Assembly (NCBI RefSeq): GCF_009914755.1
Contig: NC_060930.1
Strand: one strand, 5' to 3'
DNA length: 64,000 nucleotides
Source of the DNA: the human T2T-CHM13v2.0 reference genome, Homo sapiens
This document shows positions 15,440-33,619 of the stretch, piece after piece (position 1 is the first letter of the stretch; each line of letters starts with the position of its first letter). A program made the translations under genes and the position numbers. The notes beneath the pieces are model-generated. The model was not told where the DNA came from, ran no database searches, and saw nothing but the letters and a program-made list of their open reading frames with translations.

Positions 15440-17040
15440 TGGGGTTTAACCAATTATCAGTCAGAGTTGTTCATTAGGCCATGCTCCCGGATTCCTTCTG
15501 TACTGGTCTAGACCAGTTGCTCTCTATACCTGTTTTACACCTTTGCTTGGCTTTTCATGTTCTTGGGAATTCCCTTTGCTTTGCTTTTATATTGAGTCCC
15601 TGGTTTCCTGGATTCCATTATAACTCTTTCTTGGTTTTATCTCTAGATCTCCAGTAGCTTCCACTGAAAAGGTGAGGAGAGGTAACTGTTTAGAGGTACT
15701 TCATTCCCAAAAGTATTTTTATTTTATCTTTGCATTTGATTAACGGTTTGTCTGTAAAAATTTGGGCTAAATACCATTTCCTGTCAGAGTTTTCTTTATC
15801 CCTAGTGCTGTGACATTTCAGAATAGGCTGTGATATCGTTTTTTTTCTACTGATGCTAAAAATGTCCTTTCAATTTGTAGACATGGATCCTTTAGCACAG
15901 GGTAATTTCTTGTATAATTTTTTGATCAGTTTTCTACATTTCTGATAATGTATTTTCTTTCAGGAACTCCTGTTAGGCAACTGTTAAATCTCTTGAAAAA
16001 TTCTCTTAATTCTTGCAGGCTTTTGTTTCTGATTTGTTTTCCATTTCTTTGTTTTTATTCTGCTTTTTTGTGAGATTTTCTCAAAATGGTCTAAGCCTTT
16101 GTCTTCTAATCCTTCTATTGAGTTTTAAAGGTATTTCATCTATTTAAAAAAATATTTCATTTTGAATAACGTCCCGTTTTTGCTGCATAGATGTAATATT
16201 TAATGTTTTGGGAAGTTCATTTCAATTTTTGACAAATTTCTCCTGTTCACTCTATTGTTTCAATTGTCTCACATTTCCGCATTTTTTGTTAATTTTTGTG
16301 TCTGTCTCATTCAGGCTTTTTCCTCAAATGTTTGTTATATTTGGGTGTCTGTGAGTGAGCACCGAGAAGCCAGATGGAGATTGTGTGCATGGGAAAAGCT
16401 GTGTACTAGGACCTTCATGAAAGTGATGTTAGCGAAATTTGACAAATTTTATCCTATTGGAAATTATCGAATGTCAGTATCTATGTTTCTTTCTCTGGGA
16501 TTTTTTTGGTTTCTTCAGAAAGTGCTTCTCCATTCTTCTGTTTTAGGGTCAGTCTGGCTAGGGAAGGTGGTAGGGTCTCAGCATTAAGTGTGTAGTTATC
16601 TATTGATAACTTGCGTTTTTAGGCCTGAGCCTTGCACCTGTCTCAGCTATGCTTAGTATCTGAGGCTGTCACCTATTTTCAATTCATCCAAGAAGAACCT
16701 GCCAGGTCTCCTTTGTACAGGGAAGAAGTGACTACCTGCTTAGGTGGATCAGGCAGAGAACTGGGAAACCTTTGAGATTATTTCTGCTCCTTTTACCTCT
16801 GTATCTTACTCTCCCCTGTGGTATCTAACATTCCCATCAACTTTGCCTTTTGTAGGTTCCGAATGGTCACTGGTGTGCCTCTTTCTTCAGGCACTTGATT
16901 TTCACCTCCCTGTGCTCTTCCACTGAAGTTCTCTCTTAGTTCTTCATCTTCCAAAATTTCCTGACATTTCATGTTGACTCCTCTCCTATTCACTCACCCT
17001 TGAGGGTTTACATATGTTTTAGTCATTTACTTTCATCTTT
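15440..17040 (-). mobile_element. Ancient LINE remnant (HAL1/L1M-like)
   Basis: T-rich degenerate sequence resembling antisense HAL1/L1M ORF1 region; boundaries approximate. Confidence 0.4.
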
Positions 17041-20000
17041 GTGCTGTGAGGGTGAGAAAGATGGATGTTTACTAATTCCACAGAAAGTCTACTTCTATAT
17101 TTATAAAACTCCAATTTTAAATCTTTCAGCACAAAAAGGGAGATAATCTCCTCAAACACAAGAATATCTTTTAAAAACTACATTTTAAGCTTCTCTCCTA
17201 GCTCAAAAATATTTTAAACATGCACATGAGAACATCTTTATTTTAAAATGTGGCCTGCTAGCTTATCCTGAGGTGTTGAAATAAGGCTATGGGTCAAAAC
17301 ATACTAATGGAAGTTGGTAACCAATGATTGTAGCCATAGTTTACATTTTAAAAAGTATGGATCACTAAAGCATTGATTTTAAAAAGTCAAATTGTTTTCA
17401 GCACCGGTTGTAGCTTCTTCTTTAACAGATAAAATATTGCATGAACTTTAGTCTTCTGACGTCAAAATCAGTGTTAAATTGCTCCAACTTAGTTCAATAA
17501 CAGCATTTAGTCTTGGGTGATTTTATCTAGCTCTCACCGTGAATTGGCCTCCTGAGCCTCTGACTTTGTTTCTTTCGGTCTTATCATTCAGTTTAGATAG
17601 TACAAAGACTTCATTCCAGTGTTGAAGTGTGAAGGTGTGAGACAAAGATCAAATTACCTGTACAAGAAAGAGAAATGGATGACTTATCATGTTTTCACAT
17701 TCTTAAGATTTCTAGGTGAAACTTCCTACCCATAAATGTCAGTTAAATAAATGTCTGAAACTGCTTGACTTTCTTTTGCTAAAAATGACATTAGAATTGC
17801 TATGACTTATTTTGCCTGTAGGACTAAATTACAGACAAAGCCCCAGAATTTTTCTGCTATTACTTTTATACTTTTAGAAGTGAGATTTATTTAATTAAAA
17901 TTATTGGAAAAGGTTCACAAAGACAGTAGCCATATAAATAGTGAGGATGTTATAAATAATCTCTGTTACAAAGATTTTATTTCAGAAACTAAATATTCAA
18001 TTTTTTAAGTGGCTTTCTCTCCTTGCCAGGAAGACATGGCTTAAATAATTTTCTGTGATGAGTTTTAAGGCAACATTTAAAAAAAAAGAGATAACAGTCA
18101 TATATTGTTGCTTCTCTGACAACTCATTTCACAGCAAGTGAAGGCCAGTACATCTTAGCGGATAAGAAATACACATGTAAAAGAAAAACCACATTTAAAA
18201 AATTTAAAAACCAAATCCTACATTTATAGTTATAAAGATGAACTCTCAGGGTACATATTTTGTACAGTGTGTATCTCTGTCTGCAAATGTTTTCAACCCT
18301 ATCGGAGAAGTGAATACTGCTAATTTAATACAAGAAAACACTCGCTGTGATTGGGGCCTGAAATATCTACTCCAATTCTTCAAATGCATTGCATGTGTGC
18401 TCATTACACCAAGAATGAGAGGGAGCATATCTAGGTGAACGCCACAGCTTGACTCACATCACCCCAAGATTTTGCCATGGGATAATCTTGAGACCATGTC
18501 CAAAACACAAAATGTTTTATTTTCCTGGATCTCTCACTGATGAATCATAATCATTAAGGAAATAATACACTGTTCTTGATCTTAAATTGCATTCAGTAGT
18601 CTCAGAGTTTGTAAATCACAGAATCTGTTGTTCCACAGAGTCTGATTGATAAATACAGATCTTGGCATAGTGGGCTGTGCTCTAGCAAGGTTTACCTGCT
18701 ATTCAAACCTATCACGAAAGCTGAAAGTACTGACTCACATGCCTAAGGCCCAAAATACATTAGGACGGGCCCACAAAAGGGTGAGACAGCAAAACTAATG
18801 AGGAGTAGGTAGGGAGCCCACAAAAAGGGGTAATATCCTCTACTTCCCCTTCATACTCTCTTTTGATTAGTTTTTCTATCGGGCTCTTGGGAGCAAATCC
18901 TGGAGTGCATGTGCAACTGGAGGATGCTTGTGCTCTGCAGTCCAGCGTTATGGGAGCAGTAGCTGGGGATTGTTAAATGTGGATGGGAATAATACAAACT
19001 TTGCAATCTGTATAAAAACTTTGTAAGTCTACAGAGTTTTGAAGACTCTGTACAGTATTATTTCAGCAGGAGTGCATGATTATAGCCTAGAAATCTAAGT
19101 TAGACTAAATAACCTCTGAAGTTAAGGTTAGCAGTTTGAATTTGTGGTTTGTTTTTTCCTCAACATCTATCTTAAAGGTAATCCAGTTGGTATTTTTGAA
19201 TGGGTTTTCTATAAGACATAATTTCTTCATCTAATTGGATAATGTAAACAAAGGTGCAAACATTATGGCTTTCTCAAAATTTCTAACAATTTTAAGTTTG
19301 TATCAATTATATAACTTTTGAATGAAAATAATGCATCTGCAGATGGTGCTGAATTGCATGAAATTAATTACTTCCTTTACAAGTTTTCAGTAATTAACTC
19401 CAGTGAGGCCTGTAAAAATCCATTGTGAGCAGAATTACATGCTTCTTAGCCTCTTCTCTTCTAATCTGAAAATTGTTTTTTTGTTTTTTGTTTTTTTTTA
19501 CTTTTGAGAACAGGTTAAAGTGAGATGGAATAGTAAAGGTCATTTAAGGGAAATGTATTATGCCCTTGGGACGTAAAAGAACCAAGTTCTTAGATTATGG
19601 TGAGTTCCTGCAATTTTCACACCTTGTAGGTTTTGATTTAAAGGGTGATTATCTCTCAGAGATGGGATGGGAAAGTCAATAATGGCAGTGCCAGTGCTGC
19701 TGCCTTGCATATGTTGTCCAGTCATGCCTGGACATAGATTGACAGTGGGATTTGTCCAAGGTCTCAGTCCTTGGCCTTAGTGCTTCTATGGGATGTCCAT
19801 TTCCCTCTTATTTTCTGTGGTCTTTATAAAAGAATGTTTGCAATACAAAAATGTCATTCATGCTGTTGAATATTTTGAGTGCAATATTAAATATATTTTG
19901 TCAAAACCAATAAAGTGTCTGCATTCATTAGGAGGCTACTGCTATTGGATAATGAAGAAACAGGATAATTTCAGACTTTTAATTCAGACTGATAATGTTT

Positions 20001-21259
20001 AATAATGAGAATTTTTACTAGGCATGTAGGTTCTATTATGATTCATGTGCCTTCAAATCTTTATGAAGTTTGGGAATTGTGAAAGCTTCTAAGCCACTCT
20101 CCTTTCAGCCACATGGGATAAGGCTGTCTCTGTTATGCAATCTGATGCTAGATTTGGATAATGTTTAAATAAAGGCATTTGGTTTATCACTTATCCATGT
20201 GAATAAAATTAAGAACTGTCTTAATAGATAAAAGAACTTTAAGTATAAGCTTGGAAGACCCTTAAAAACGAACTGCTTTTCATAAGATACAACGCACTAC
20301 CTTTTAAGCATCAATATTCTATTTATTTATGCGCGCATACAATGGTGACTCTCCATCTCGGCCACACACACAATTAACTACGGGGCTTTTAAACTAAATT
20401 TGATGCTTGGGCCTCACCCTAGAAAAAGGGCATGACACACACATCTACATGCACACTTAACCACTCATTCAGTTGTTACTAAGCTGTCTCTTGGCTAGCT
20501 TGCTTATAGAAACCTATGCCAAATGATTGGGGAAAAGTTTCCTACTTCTTTTGCTTTATATATATAACCTTCATTCCAGGCTCCATGAGATATCCCATGG
20601 TTGGGGACAGATTAGGATAAATTACAGAAAGAATTCAAATATTACCATTAAGTAATATTCAGTTTCTCACATTCAAAAAATATAACTTATCAATAAAACA
20701 ATACATTATATGCAAAATTCTTATCTTGAGTAAGCATTCTATAAATTACTTTAACTCCATTTTAAGGGACAGTTGTAGCAGTTGACACCTTACAGTTTTA
20801 GATAAAATAGGTACAGAAGAGGAGAAGAAGGAAAAGTCTTCTCTTTATGACCCTGAGAAAATTGTGAGCAGAGGAGAAAGAGTGATTAGCAGTGCAAAAT
20901 GAGTTAATGTGTAAAACTTTGCTTCTCCAAGCTTTGTTCCTCAATAGAAGATACTTTTTGTCCTCATGCTTCCTATTTGGGACACTAAGAAGAGGCCACT
21001 TTGCAATCCAACGATTTGGACCACAACTAAAACGAATAAAGTCAGCATCTCACAAAGGTTGGAAAGATACGGGTCTTAAAGGGGAACTTTCCTGAGCTTC
21101 TCTTTGAGCAGACTCAGAAGTAACTGCAGGCTGACAGGCAAACTGGTCAGAGGAGGGAACATGTTGGAGCAGAGTAAACTTATACAGTGGCATAGAGGAG
21201 ACACCTTGTGCCGAGACTGAATGGGAGTCAAAACTAGATGACAAAAACCAAGGTGAAGT

Positions 21260-24780
<3,521 letters not shown>

Positions 24781-25583
24781 AAAAGAAGACATTTATGCAG
24801 CCAAAAGACACATGAAAAAATGCTCATCATCACTGGCCATCAGAGAAATGCAAATCAAAACGACAATGAGATACCATCTCACATCAGTTAGAATGGCAAT
24901 CATTAAAAAGTCAGGAAACAACAGGTGCTGGAGAGGATGTGGAGAAATAGGAACACTTTTACACTGTTGGTGGGACTGTAAACTAGTTCAGCCATTGTGG
25001 AAGTCAGTGTGGCAATTCCTCAGGAATCTAGAACTAGAAATACCATTTGACCCAGCCATCCCATTACTGGGTATATACCCAAAGGATCATAAATCATGCT
25101 GCTATAAAGACACATTCACACATATGTTTATTGTGGCACTATTCACAATAGCAAAGACTTGGAACCAAGCCAAATGTCCAACAATGATAGACTGGATTAA
25201 GAAAATGTGGCACATATACACCATGGAATACTATGCAGCCATAAAAAAGGATGAGTTTATGTCCTTTGTAGGGACATGGATGAAGCTGGAAACCATCATT
25301 CTCAGCAAACTATTGCAAGGACAAAAAACCAAACACTGCATGTTCTCACTCATAGGTGGGAATTGAACATTGAGAACACATGGATGCAGGAAGGGGAACA
25401 TCACACACTGGGGTCTGTTGTGGGATTTAGGGAAGCAGGGAGAGATAGCTTTAGGAGATATACCTAATGCTAAATGACAGGTTAATGGGTGCAGCACACC
25501 AACATGACACATTTATACATATGTAACAAACCTGCACGTTGTGAACATGTACCTTAAAACTTAAAGTGTAAAGAAAAAGAAAA
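24781..25583 (+). mobile_element. Second L1PA (about PA4-5) 3' fragment fused directly to the tail of the previous L1
   Basis: Begins AAAAGAAGACATTTATGCAGCC; ORF 24812-25366 is the ORF2 C-terminus; has its own 3'UTR and A-rich tail. Confidence 0.95.
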
Positions 25584-25902
25584 GACCACTACAATTACCA
25601 CTACTGCTACCATTATCATCACCTCCACAAAGACAAACAGAGTCCTCACACATACAGGCAATATCATTTGAGAGAAGAAAAATGGTATGAGATTTTTTTT
25701 TTTTTACCTAGAAAAGCAGAATCTTCTATAAGATATTATCTAAATATGCCCAGTGGGGACTTCAATTTTAAATAAAATGAATATTCAAAATGGAAGACAC
25801 TTGAATTTTCTTCTAATGTGGTGGGAAATGAGAGTGAAGGACTTTTAAGGAAGATTACCTGAGTCCTAGAAAAGCTGCTATTTTTTTTCCACTTGTGAGG
25901 GA

Positions 25903-26373
25903 GGTGTTGCATCAGTTCAAGTCCTCTGAGAAGACTCTCAGAATTCTAGCACAGGAGATTTATTGAGTGCAACACCTGTAAAGGATAAAGTTAGAGAGAG
26001 CAGAAGCGGGCACAAAAAACCTTCAGAGTGTGATGTTGGTCAGATATCTATGAAAGGAGAGTCAGAAAGAAGGAGAATTGGGAAGGAAAGGTTTGAGATC
26101 ATAGCATGCTTCTGATAAAGCCTTAGTCAAGAGAAAGGGAATTTCCAAGCAAAAGTTGCCCACTGAAGGTGTTCCACATTGCACAAGAATAGCTCAGCTC
26201 CAGGACTCTGGCCATGCTCAGTTATTGGCTGGGAATAGCCCAAAGAACTGTGTTCTCTGACTGTGTACAATGGTAGATCCAAAGGAACAGCAGCCGGGGC
26301 TGTCAGTCAACTATGTTCCCTATAGCAGATTGCTTGAAGGGACATCTGAGTGAGATATCTGCATGGTCACCGT
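25903..26373 (-). mobile_element. ERVL LTR33-like solo LTR
   Basis: GAGATTTATTG...ACCTGTAAAGGATAAAG...CCTTCAGA..GATG..GGTC..TGAAAGGAGAG..GAAGGAGAATTGGG matches recalled antisense LTR33 pattern. Confidence 0.55.
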
Positions 26374-27046
26374 AGATGTGTATGAATTTTCTGATCCTGC
26401 TTCATGGTGTTTAAAGGCATAAATACAATTCCATCCACACCCTTGAAAATACATAATAGTATAAAGCAAACAAATATTTACGGATTTGAAAGGAGAAATA
26501 GACAGCTCTGATAATAGTAGGAGACTTCCATACTTTCAGTAATCTATGGAATGATCAGACAAAAGATTGATAAGGAAATAGAGTATTTGAACAATAGTAT
26601 AGACTAATTTAATCTAACAGACATACAGAACGTTTTACACAACAGATTACACATTTTTCTCAAGTGTGCAAGGAACACTATCTAGGATAGGCCATATATT
26701 AGGTGACCAAACAATTGTTAATAAATTTCAAAAGATTAAAATTTTAAAAAGTATCTTTTGTGATCAAAATAGAATGAGTATAAATCATTCACAGAAGAAA
26801 AACTGGAAAATCTATAAATGTGTGGAAATTAAACACATTTCTTAAAAACCAATGGGTCAAAGAAGGAATGGGAAGTTAGACAATATTTCAAAACAAATGA
26901 AAATGAAAACACAATATACCAAAATGTATGGGATGCAGCAAAAGCAGTAAGAGAAATTTATATGTATAAATACTTATATTAAAAAAGAAGAAATATCTCA
27001 AATCAACAGCCTAACTTGACACATTTAGGAACTAAAAAAGAAAACA

Positions 27047-29839
27047 TGACATGGTTTGGCTGTGTCCCCACCCAAAATCTCATCTTGAATTGTAATCTAA
27101 ACTGTAATCCTGATGTGTTGGGGGAGGGACCTCATGGGAGGTGATTAGATCATGGGAATTTTTCCTCTATGCTGTTCTTGTGATAGTGAGTGAGTTCTCA
27201 TGAGATCTGATGGCTTTATAGGTGGTTTTTCCACAGCTTCACTCTGCACTTCTCTTACCTGCCACCATGTGAAAAAGAGCATGTGTGCTTCCCCGTCTGC
27301 CATGATTGTAAGTTTCCTGAGGCCTCCCCAGCCATGCTGAACTGTGAGTCAATTAAACTTCTTTCCTTTATAAATTTCTCAGTCTTGGGCAGTTCTTTAC
27401 AGCAGCATGAGGGTGGGCTAATACAGTAAATTAGTACTGCAGAGAGTGGGGCACTGCTATAAAGATAATTGAAAATGTGGAAGCAACTTTAAAACTGGTT
27501 AACAGATTTTTGAACAGTTTGGAGGGCTCAGAAGAGACGAAAACGTGGAAAAGTTTGGAACTTCCCAGAGACTTGGAAGGCTCAGAAGACAGACAGATGT
27601 GGGAAAGTTTGCAGCTTCCTAGGGACTTGTTGAACGGCTTTGACCAAAATGTTGACAGTGATATGGAGAAGGAAGACCAGGCTGAGGTGGTCTCAGATGG
27701 AGATGAAGAACCTGTTGGGAACTGAAGTAAAAGTCACACTTGCTGTTCTTTAGCAAAGAGACTGGAAGCATTTTGTCCCCGCCCTAGAGATCTCTGGAAC
27801 TTTGAACTTGAGACAGATGATCTGAAATTGAAACTTATGCTTAAAAGGGAAACAGAGCATAAAAGTTTGGAAAATTTGGAGCCTGACAATGCAATAGAAA
27901 AGAAAAACCCATTTTTGTGGGGGAAATTCAAGCCAGTTGCAGAAATTTGCATAAGTTAACTCACAATGTTAATCACCAAGACAATGGAGAAAATGTCTCC
28001 AGGGCATGTCAGAGACCTTTGTGGCCCTGAGGCCTAGGAGGAAAAAAAATGGTTTTTTAGGCTGGGACCAGGGGCTCCTGCTCTATGCAGCCTCGGGACA
28101 TGGTACCCTGCATCCCAGCTGCTTCAGCTCCAGCCATGGCTAAAAGGGGCCAACATACAGTTCAGGCTGTTGCTTCAGAGGTTCAAGCTCCAAGCCTTGG
28201 ACGCTTCCAGTAGTGTTGGTCCTGTGGGTGCGCAGAATAAAATAATGGCGGTTTGGGAACCTCCACCTAGATTTCAGAGGATGTATGGAAATGTCTGATG
28301 TCTAGGCAGAAGTCTGCTGTAGGGGTGGAACTCCCTGCTGGGTCAGTGCAGAAGGGAAATGTAGGGTCAGAGGAGCCCCAACACAGAGTCCCCACTGGAG
28401 CTCTGTCTAGTGGAGCTGTGAGAAGAGGGCCACCATCCTCCAGACCCCAGAATGGTAGATCCACCAACAGCTTGAACCATGTGCCTGGAAAAGCCACAGA
28501 CACTCAGTGCCAGCCTGTGAAAGCAGATGTAAATGGGGCTGTACCCTGCAAAGCCACAGGCCTGTAGCTGTCCAAGGCCATGGGAGCCCGCCTCTTGTAT
28601 CAGTGTGACCTGGATGTGAGACATGGAGTCAAAGGAGATCCTTTTGGAACTTTAAGGTTTAATGATGCCTTGGATTTCTGACCTGCATGGGGCCTGTGTA
28701 AGGTCAGCCAAGAGAAAGGACGAGAGAGACCCAAGTTCAGGCAATCCTTTATTCAACCTGCTGGCTGCCCCCTCAACAGTCAAGGAAAGCAGCCCCAAGC
28801 TTACAGAATGAGGGGTTTATATTGGGACAGGGAGTTCGAGGGAGTCCTTTGGTATGGCTACATCTCGGGGTTGTTTTCTGGTTAATCCTGCCACATATTA
28901 CCTTGTGACATTTATGGTACCAGAGAGTGTGCATAAAGTTTGTTTATGCTTCCACGAGCTCCCACTGTGTGGCCTGGATGGTTTGTAATTGGGGTCTGCT
29001 TGTCACAGCAAGGTCTGATAAGTGAAGTCTGCTGGCTCCACCATGGCACATAGATAAGGGGGCTTAGAAATGTTGAAAGGCTTGGAGGAAGGGGAGGGGT
29101 GGGCACAGAGAGGTTTGGGGTGGGGTATCGGCAGTACTAAGAAGCTTTTTGGGGCGGTTTGTCCCTAACAGCCTGTAGCCCCATTGTTTTGGCCAATATC
29201 TCCTATTTGGAATGGGTATATTTACCCAATGCCTGTATCCCCATTGTGTACAGGAAGTAGCTAAGTTACTTTTGATTTTAGAGGCGCACAGGCAGAAGGG
29301 ACTTCCCCTGTCTCAGATGAGACTTTGGACATGGACTTTCAAGTTAATGCTAGAATGAGTTAAGATTTGGGGGGAGTTTTGGAAAGGCTCCCCCTTTCCA
29401 AAAAAAAAAAATTGTGTTTTGAAATGTGAGGACATAAAATTTGGAAGGGGCCAGGGGTAGAATAATATGATTAGGCTTTGTCCCCACCTGAAATCCAATC
29501 TTGAATTGTAATCCAAATTGTAATCCCCACGTGTTGGGGGAGGGACCTTGTGGGAGGTGATTAGATCATGGGGGTGGTTCCTCCATGCTGTTCTCATGAT
29601 AGTGAGTGAGTTCTCATGAGATCTGATGGTTTTATAAGAGGCTCCCCCTACTTTGCTCTGCACTTCTCCTTTCTGCTGCAATGTGAAGAAGGATGTGTTT
29701 GCTTCCCCATATGCCACGATTGTAAGTTTCCTGAGGCTTCCCCAGCTATGCTGAACTATAAGTCAACTAAGCCATTTTCTTTTATAAATTACCCAGTCTC
29801 GGGCAGTTCTTTATAGCAGCATGAGAACAGACTCATACA
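27047..29839 (+). mobile_element. Full MaLR provirus THE1D (LTR 27047-27425, internal 27426-29462, LTR 29463-29839)
   Basis: Two direct LTRs (TGAYATGGTTTGGCTGTGTCCCCACCC...CCATGATTGTAAGTTTCCTGAGGC...ATACA) flank THE1-int sequence that ends in a purine tract. Confidence 0.9.
28697..29170 (-). mobile_element. Solo LTR (LTR18-like, ERVL class) nested in THE1D-int
   Basis: TG...CA termini, perfect 5-bp TSD GCCTG (28692-28696 and 29171-29175), minus-strand AATAAA and TATA-like motif; family name is tentative. Confidence 0.75.
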
Positions 29840-32073
29840 ATACTGTACCTAAAGCTAGCAGAAGAAAGAAAATGATGAAGACGAAAGCAGAGATAAACAA
29901 AGAACAGAAAACAATAATGAAACCAAGTGTTGAGTCTTTAAATGATAAACAAAACAGTTGAAACTTTAGCTCGATTGATGAAAAAAAGGAAGACCCATCT
30001 AAAATCAGAAATGAAAGAGATATAAAAATATATAAGAGATTACTATGAACAATTGTATGTTAACAAATTGGATAACCTAGATACAATGGACAAATGCCTA
30101 GAAGCATGCAACCACCAGACTGAATCATGAAGAAATAGAAACATCTGAGTTAGACTCATATCTGGAAAGGAGATAAAATCAGCTAGTAACAAAAAAATCC
30201 CACAACAAAGAAAAACCTGGGATTGGAAGGCTTAACTGGTGAATTCTATTAAACACTCAAGGAAGAAATAACACTAATCCTCCTCAAACTCTTCCAAAAA
30301 ATTAAAGACAAAGGAACACTTCCAAACTCATTTTATTAGGCCCTCATTATTCTGATACCCAAACAAGACAAAATCACTTCAAGAAAATAAAGCTACAGAT
30401 CAATATCCCTGATGAATATTGATTCAAAACTTCTCAACAAAATACTAGCAAGCAAAAGTCAACAGTTAGTTAAAAGTCTTATACACATAACCAAGTGGGA
30501 TTTATTCTGAGAATGCAAGGATGTTTCAACAGATAAAAATTGATCAATATCATATACCATATTAATAGAATGAAGGAAAAAATAAGCATGATCATCTCAT
30601 GATGAAGAAAAAGCACTTGACAAAATTTGACATGTTTTCAATATGAAAACTGTTAACAAACCAAGAATAAAAGGAAACTACTTTAACATAATACAGACCA
30701 TATATTAAAACCTGCAGCTCACATCATATTCAGTGATGAAAAATGAAAAGCTTTTCCTCTAAGATAAGGAATAAGGCAAGGAAGCCTTCCTCTTGCTTCT
30801 TCTCTTTTACATAGTACTGAAAGTTCTAGCCAGAAAAATTTATGCAAGAAAAAGAAATAAAAGGCCTCCAAATTGGAAAGGAAATAGTGAAATTGTCTCT
30901 GTTTGCAGGTAGCATGAACAACTGTAGAAAACCCTAAAGATTTTACAAAAAACTGTTATGACTATAAATAAATTTAGCAAAGTTGTAGAATATAAAACCA
31001 ACACTCAAACGTCAATTACACTTCTATATACTAACAATGAACTTTCTGAAAAGAAAATTAAGAAAAAAATTCCATTTACAATAACATCACAAAAAAATAG
31101 TTAAACTAAGAAGGGAAAATGTTTGTTCCCTGAAAACTGTAAAATGTTCCTGAAAGAAATTAAATAATACTTTTTGTCTCATTTATTAAATAGCTAGTTA
31201 TAGCTGCCCAGTTATAGCAAAGGATTCTAAAGTATATGCTCAAAGAATATGGTGTGTGTGTTCTCTCATTAGCATCCTGAGATGTTGACCAACACAAATG
31301 CAGGGAGCTTGAAATAGTACTAGATTGGTATTCTTGATGGAAGGCATTCTAGGGCTTCTTTGAAAAAAGTTTAAATTATTTGATTTACCTAATGACAGAT
31401 TTTAAACTTATTTATTCATTAATCTTTCTACATATGACCTAAACAGGACCACAAATGAAGTATAAGATTTATTTATCTCTTCTGTGCCCTTCAGTATTTG
31501 CTTGATAGATCTGCATATTGTTTACATAGATTCTGGCCTGAGGAAGAGGGATAGCTTTGAAAGCAGAGAATATATGTTATACTTTATGTGTTATGATATG
31601 CATCATAACTGGGAAAGACTTCTTAATTTATATATCTCCTCATTTTAAACTAATAAATTACCATTCTTCAAATTGGCATTAGCTTGAGAATTCTTTGTTG
31701 CAAGATTAAGCTACTGGTAGATCTTAAAGAAGGACAATATATTTACTGTCATAATAGGGCTTGGGAGGCAATAAAGTTTGCCAGGAGATAAGGGAAAAAG
31801 TAAGAACTAGATCTAGGATTCAGAAAATTTTCTGAGGTTAGAAAAAAGTTATAGATCTAACAGGAGTAAGGCCAAGGATACAAACATGAGTATGTATGAG
31901 TGGAGAAGGAACTGTGAAACAGAAGATCAGTTGGATGAAAAGCAGGGAAGTTCCTTCATTTCTAAATGGAGCTAGAAGCTAGTATCATCTTGCTCTTCAT
32001 TTTTGAGTATCATAGTGTAATTATGTTAATGCTTTTAATGGTGCCTGGTATGCAGGAAATGATCAATGACAGG

Positions 32074-32098
32074 CATCATCATCATTATCATCATCACC

Positions 32099-32130
<32 letters not shown>
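32074..32130. repeat. (CAT)n microsatellite
   Basis: About 19 CAT/CAC/TAT units. Confidence 0.95.
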
Positions 32131-33619
32131 TTTTATTTGAATTGAGGAAGCTGTCCTGGATAATATCTGCCAATTATGAAAATTTATATATGGTTTCTTG
32201 TATCCTTTTCTAAACTTAAAAACGTAAATGAGTATTTGTGTATGCTATTCAATCTTAATGCCATTGCCGCTCATGTCACATGCTCATTCATCTTTATTTT
32301 TATCGCAGAGGGATGTAGTCTCTCCTATCTATGTATGATGAGTTCAGTGATTTAGAAATCAAGCCCTGTAGCTACATTACCTATTCAGTTGCTGAACTGT
32401 GACACACGGTTTCATTAGTCATACCAGGTTGTTTTGGAAATATGTCCCATCAACCTATAAATTATGGAGCTGCTCTTATAAATTCATAACACAACTATAT
32501 GGTAAGTTTTAGATTAAGCTCATATTCTCTTTGCCTGAATCAAAATATGAATGAGCTACTTTGCATCCCAGACTTTGGTTCACTGAAAGTCTAAATTGGG
32601 AGGATGATCTTAGAAAAAGTATAACTGAGAACACAGTATTATTTGAAGTCCATATCCAACCTGTCATTTTGACAGATGCATGTTCTTGGCTTATTTTAAC
32701 ACTTACATTAAAAATTTTTTAAGTATTATAGTTCAGTATTCTTATGGCTTTTGAAATCTATAAAGATTTTTACTCCCATTGGAGACAGAAGATTATGAGA
32801 AACTCTAAAGTATAGGAGGACATTTTATGCCTGATCATGATTATTAATCCAGGATGTTGTTTATGGCTCTACTAACATATTGCCTTATTTTGCTAAGTCC
32901 TTAATCCAATCAAGGAACAAATATATGGTGAATGCTAGGTTATATAGTTACTATGCTTCACACCAGCCTTCAAGTGGGATGTGACACAGATATACAAAAA
33001 GACAACAGTGGTATAGGGTCTATCGTATTGTTAAAAAAATGATACTGCTAGCAAGGGCTGTTAAACTTCAGAGTAATGTCTTTCATTCTAAAAATGTTAC
33101 AGGGATTTTATTCCCAGACTGGAGGTAGTGCCTCTTTGTAAAAAACTCCAGCCTTGTCTCCAGTTTTGACCTGTGTACCACACTGGGGTTATTCATCTCT
33201 CATTGCCAGAGTAAGATTTAACCATAGGAAGAGAATTATATACTGAAGCTAAATATATAGACTCTTTACAATATCTTATATAGTTTTAGACCTTCACTTC
33301 CCCCAAATTTGTTGTCCAGTGATGTCAGGTTCCCTGTTTGTAGTGATAGTGCTTAATATTAGTGCTTGGCCCAAAGTAGAAATTTAACAAATGTTTATAT
33401 AATCAGTGGTTTCTAAAGTTGTTTTAATCCATATTTGAATGTCATTATTTATACATTTTAAATACACAATTACTACATTGAAATTTTGGAGAAGCTCCAG
33501 GACCACATACCAGATTTATGCCACTAGTCATAACAATCTTTGTACACTATTCATATACCTCATACTCTATGCATGTCCCTTAGAAAGAATTTTTGCATGT
33601 ACTTTACTTTCTACATTTA

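Larger units (their letters stand above)
26450..31167 (+). mobile_element. Old L1M (L1MA/MB-age) ORF2 remnant split by the THE1D provirus
   Basis: Degenerate EN-to-RT sequence at 26450-27046 continuing colinearly at 29840-31167. Confidence 0.8.

Noticed and set aside
27515-27630. ~53-bp tandem duplication in THE1-int
   Set aside because: As I recall, this is a shared feature of THE1D-int copies rather than specific to this locus.
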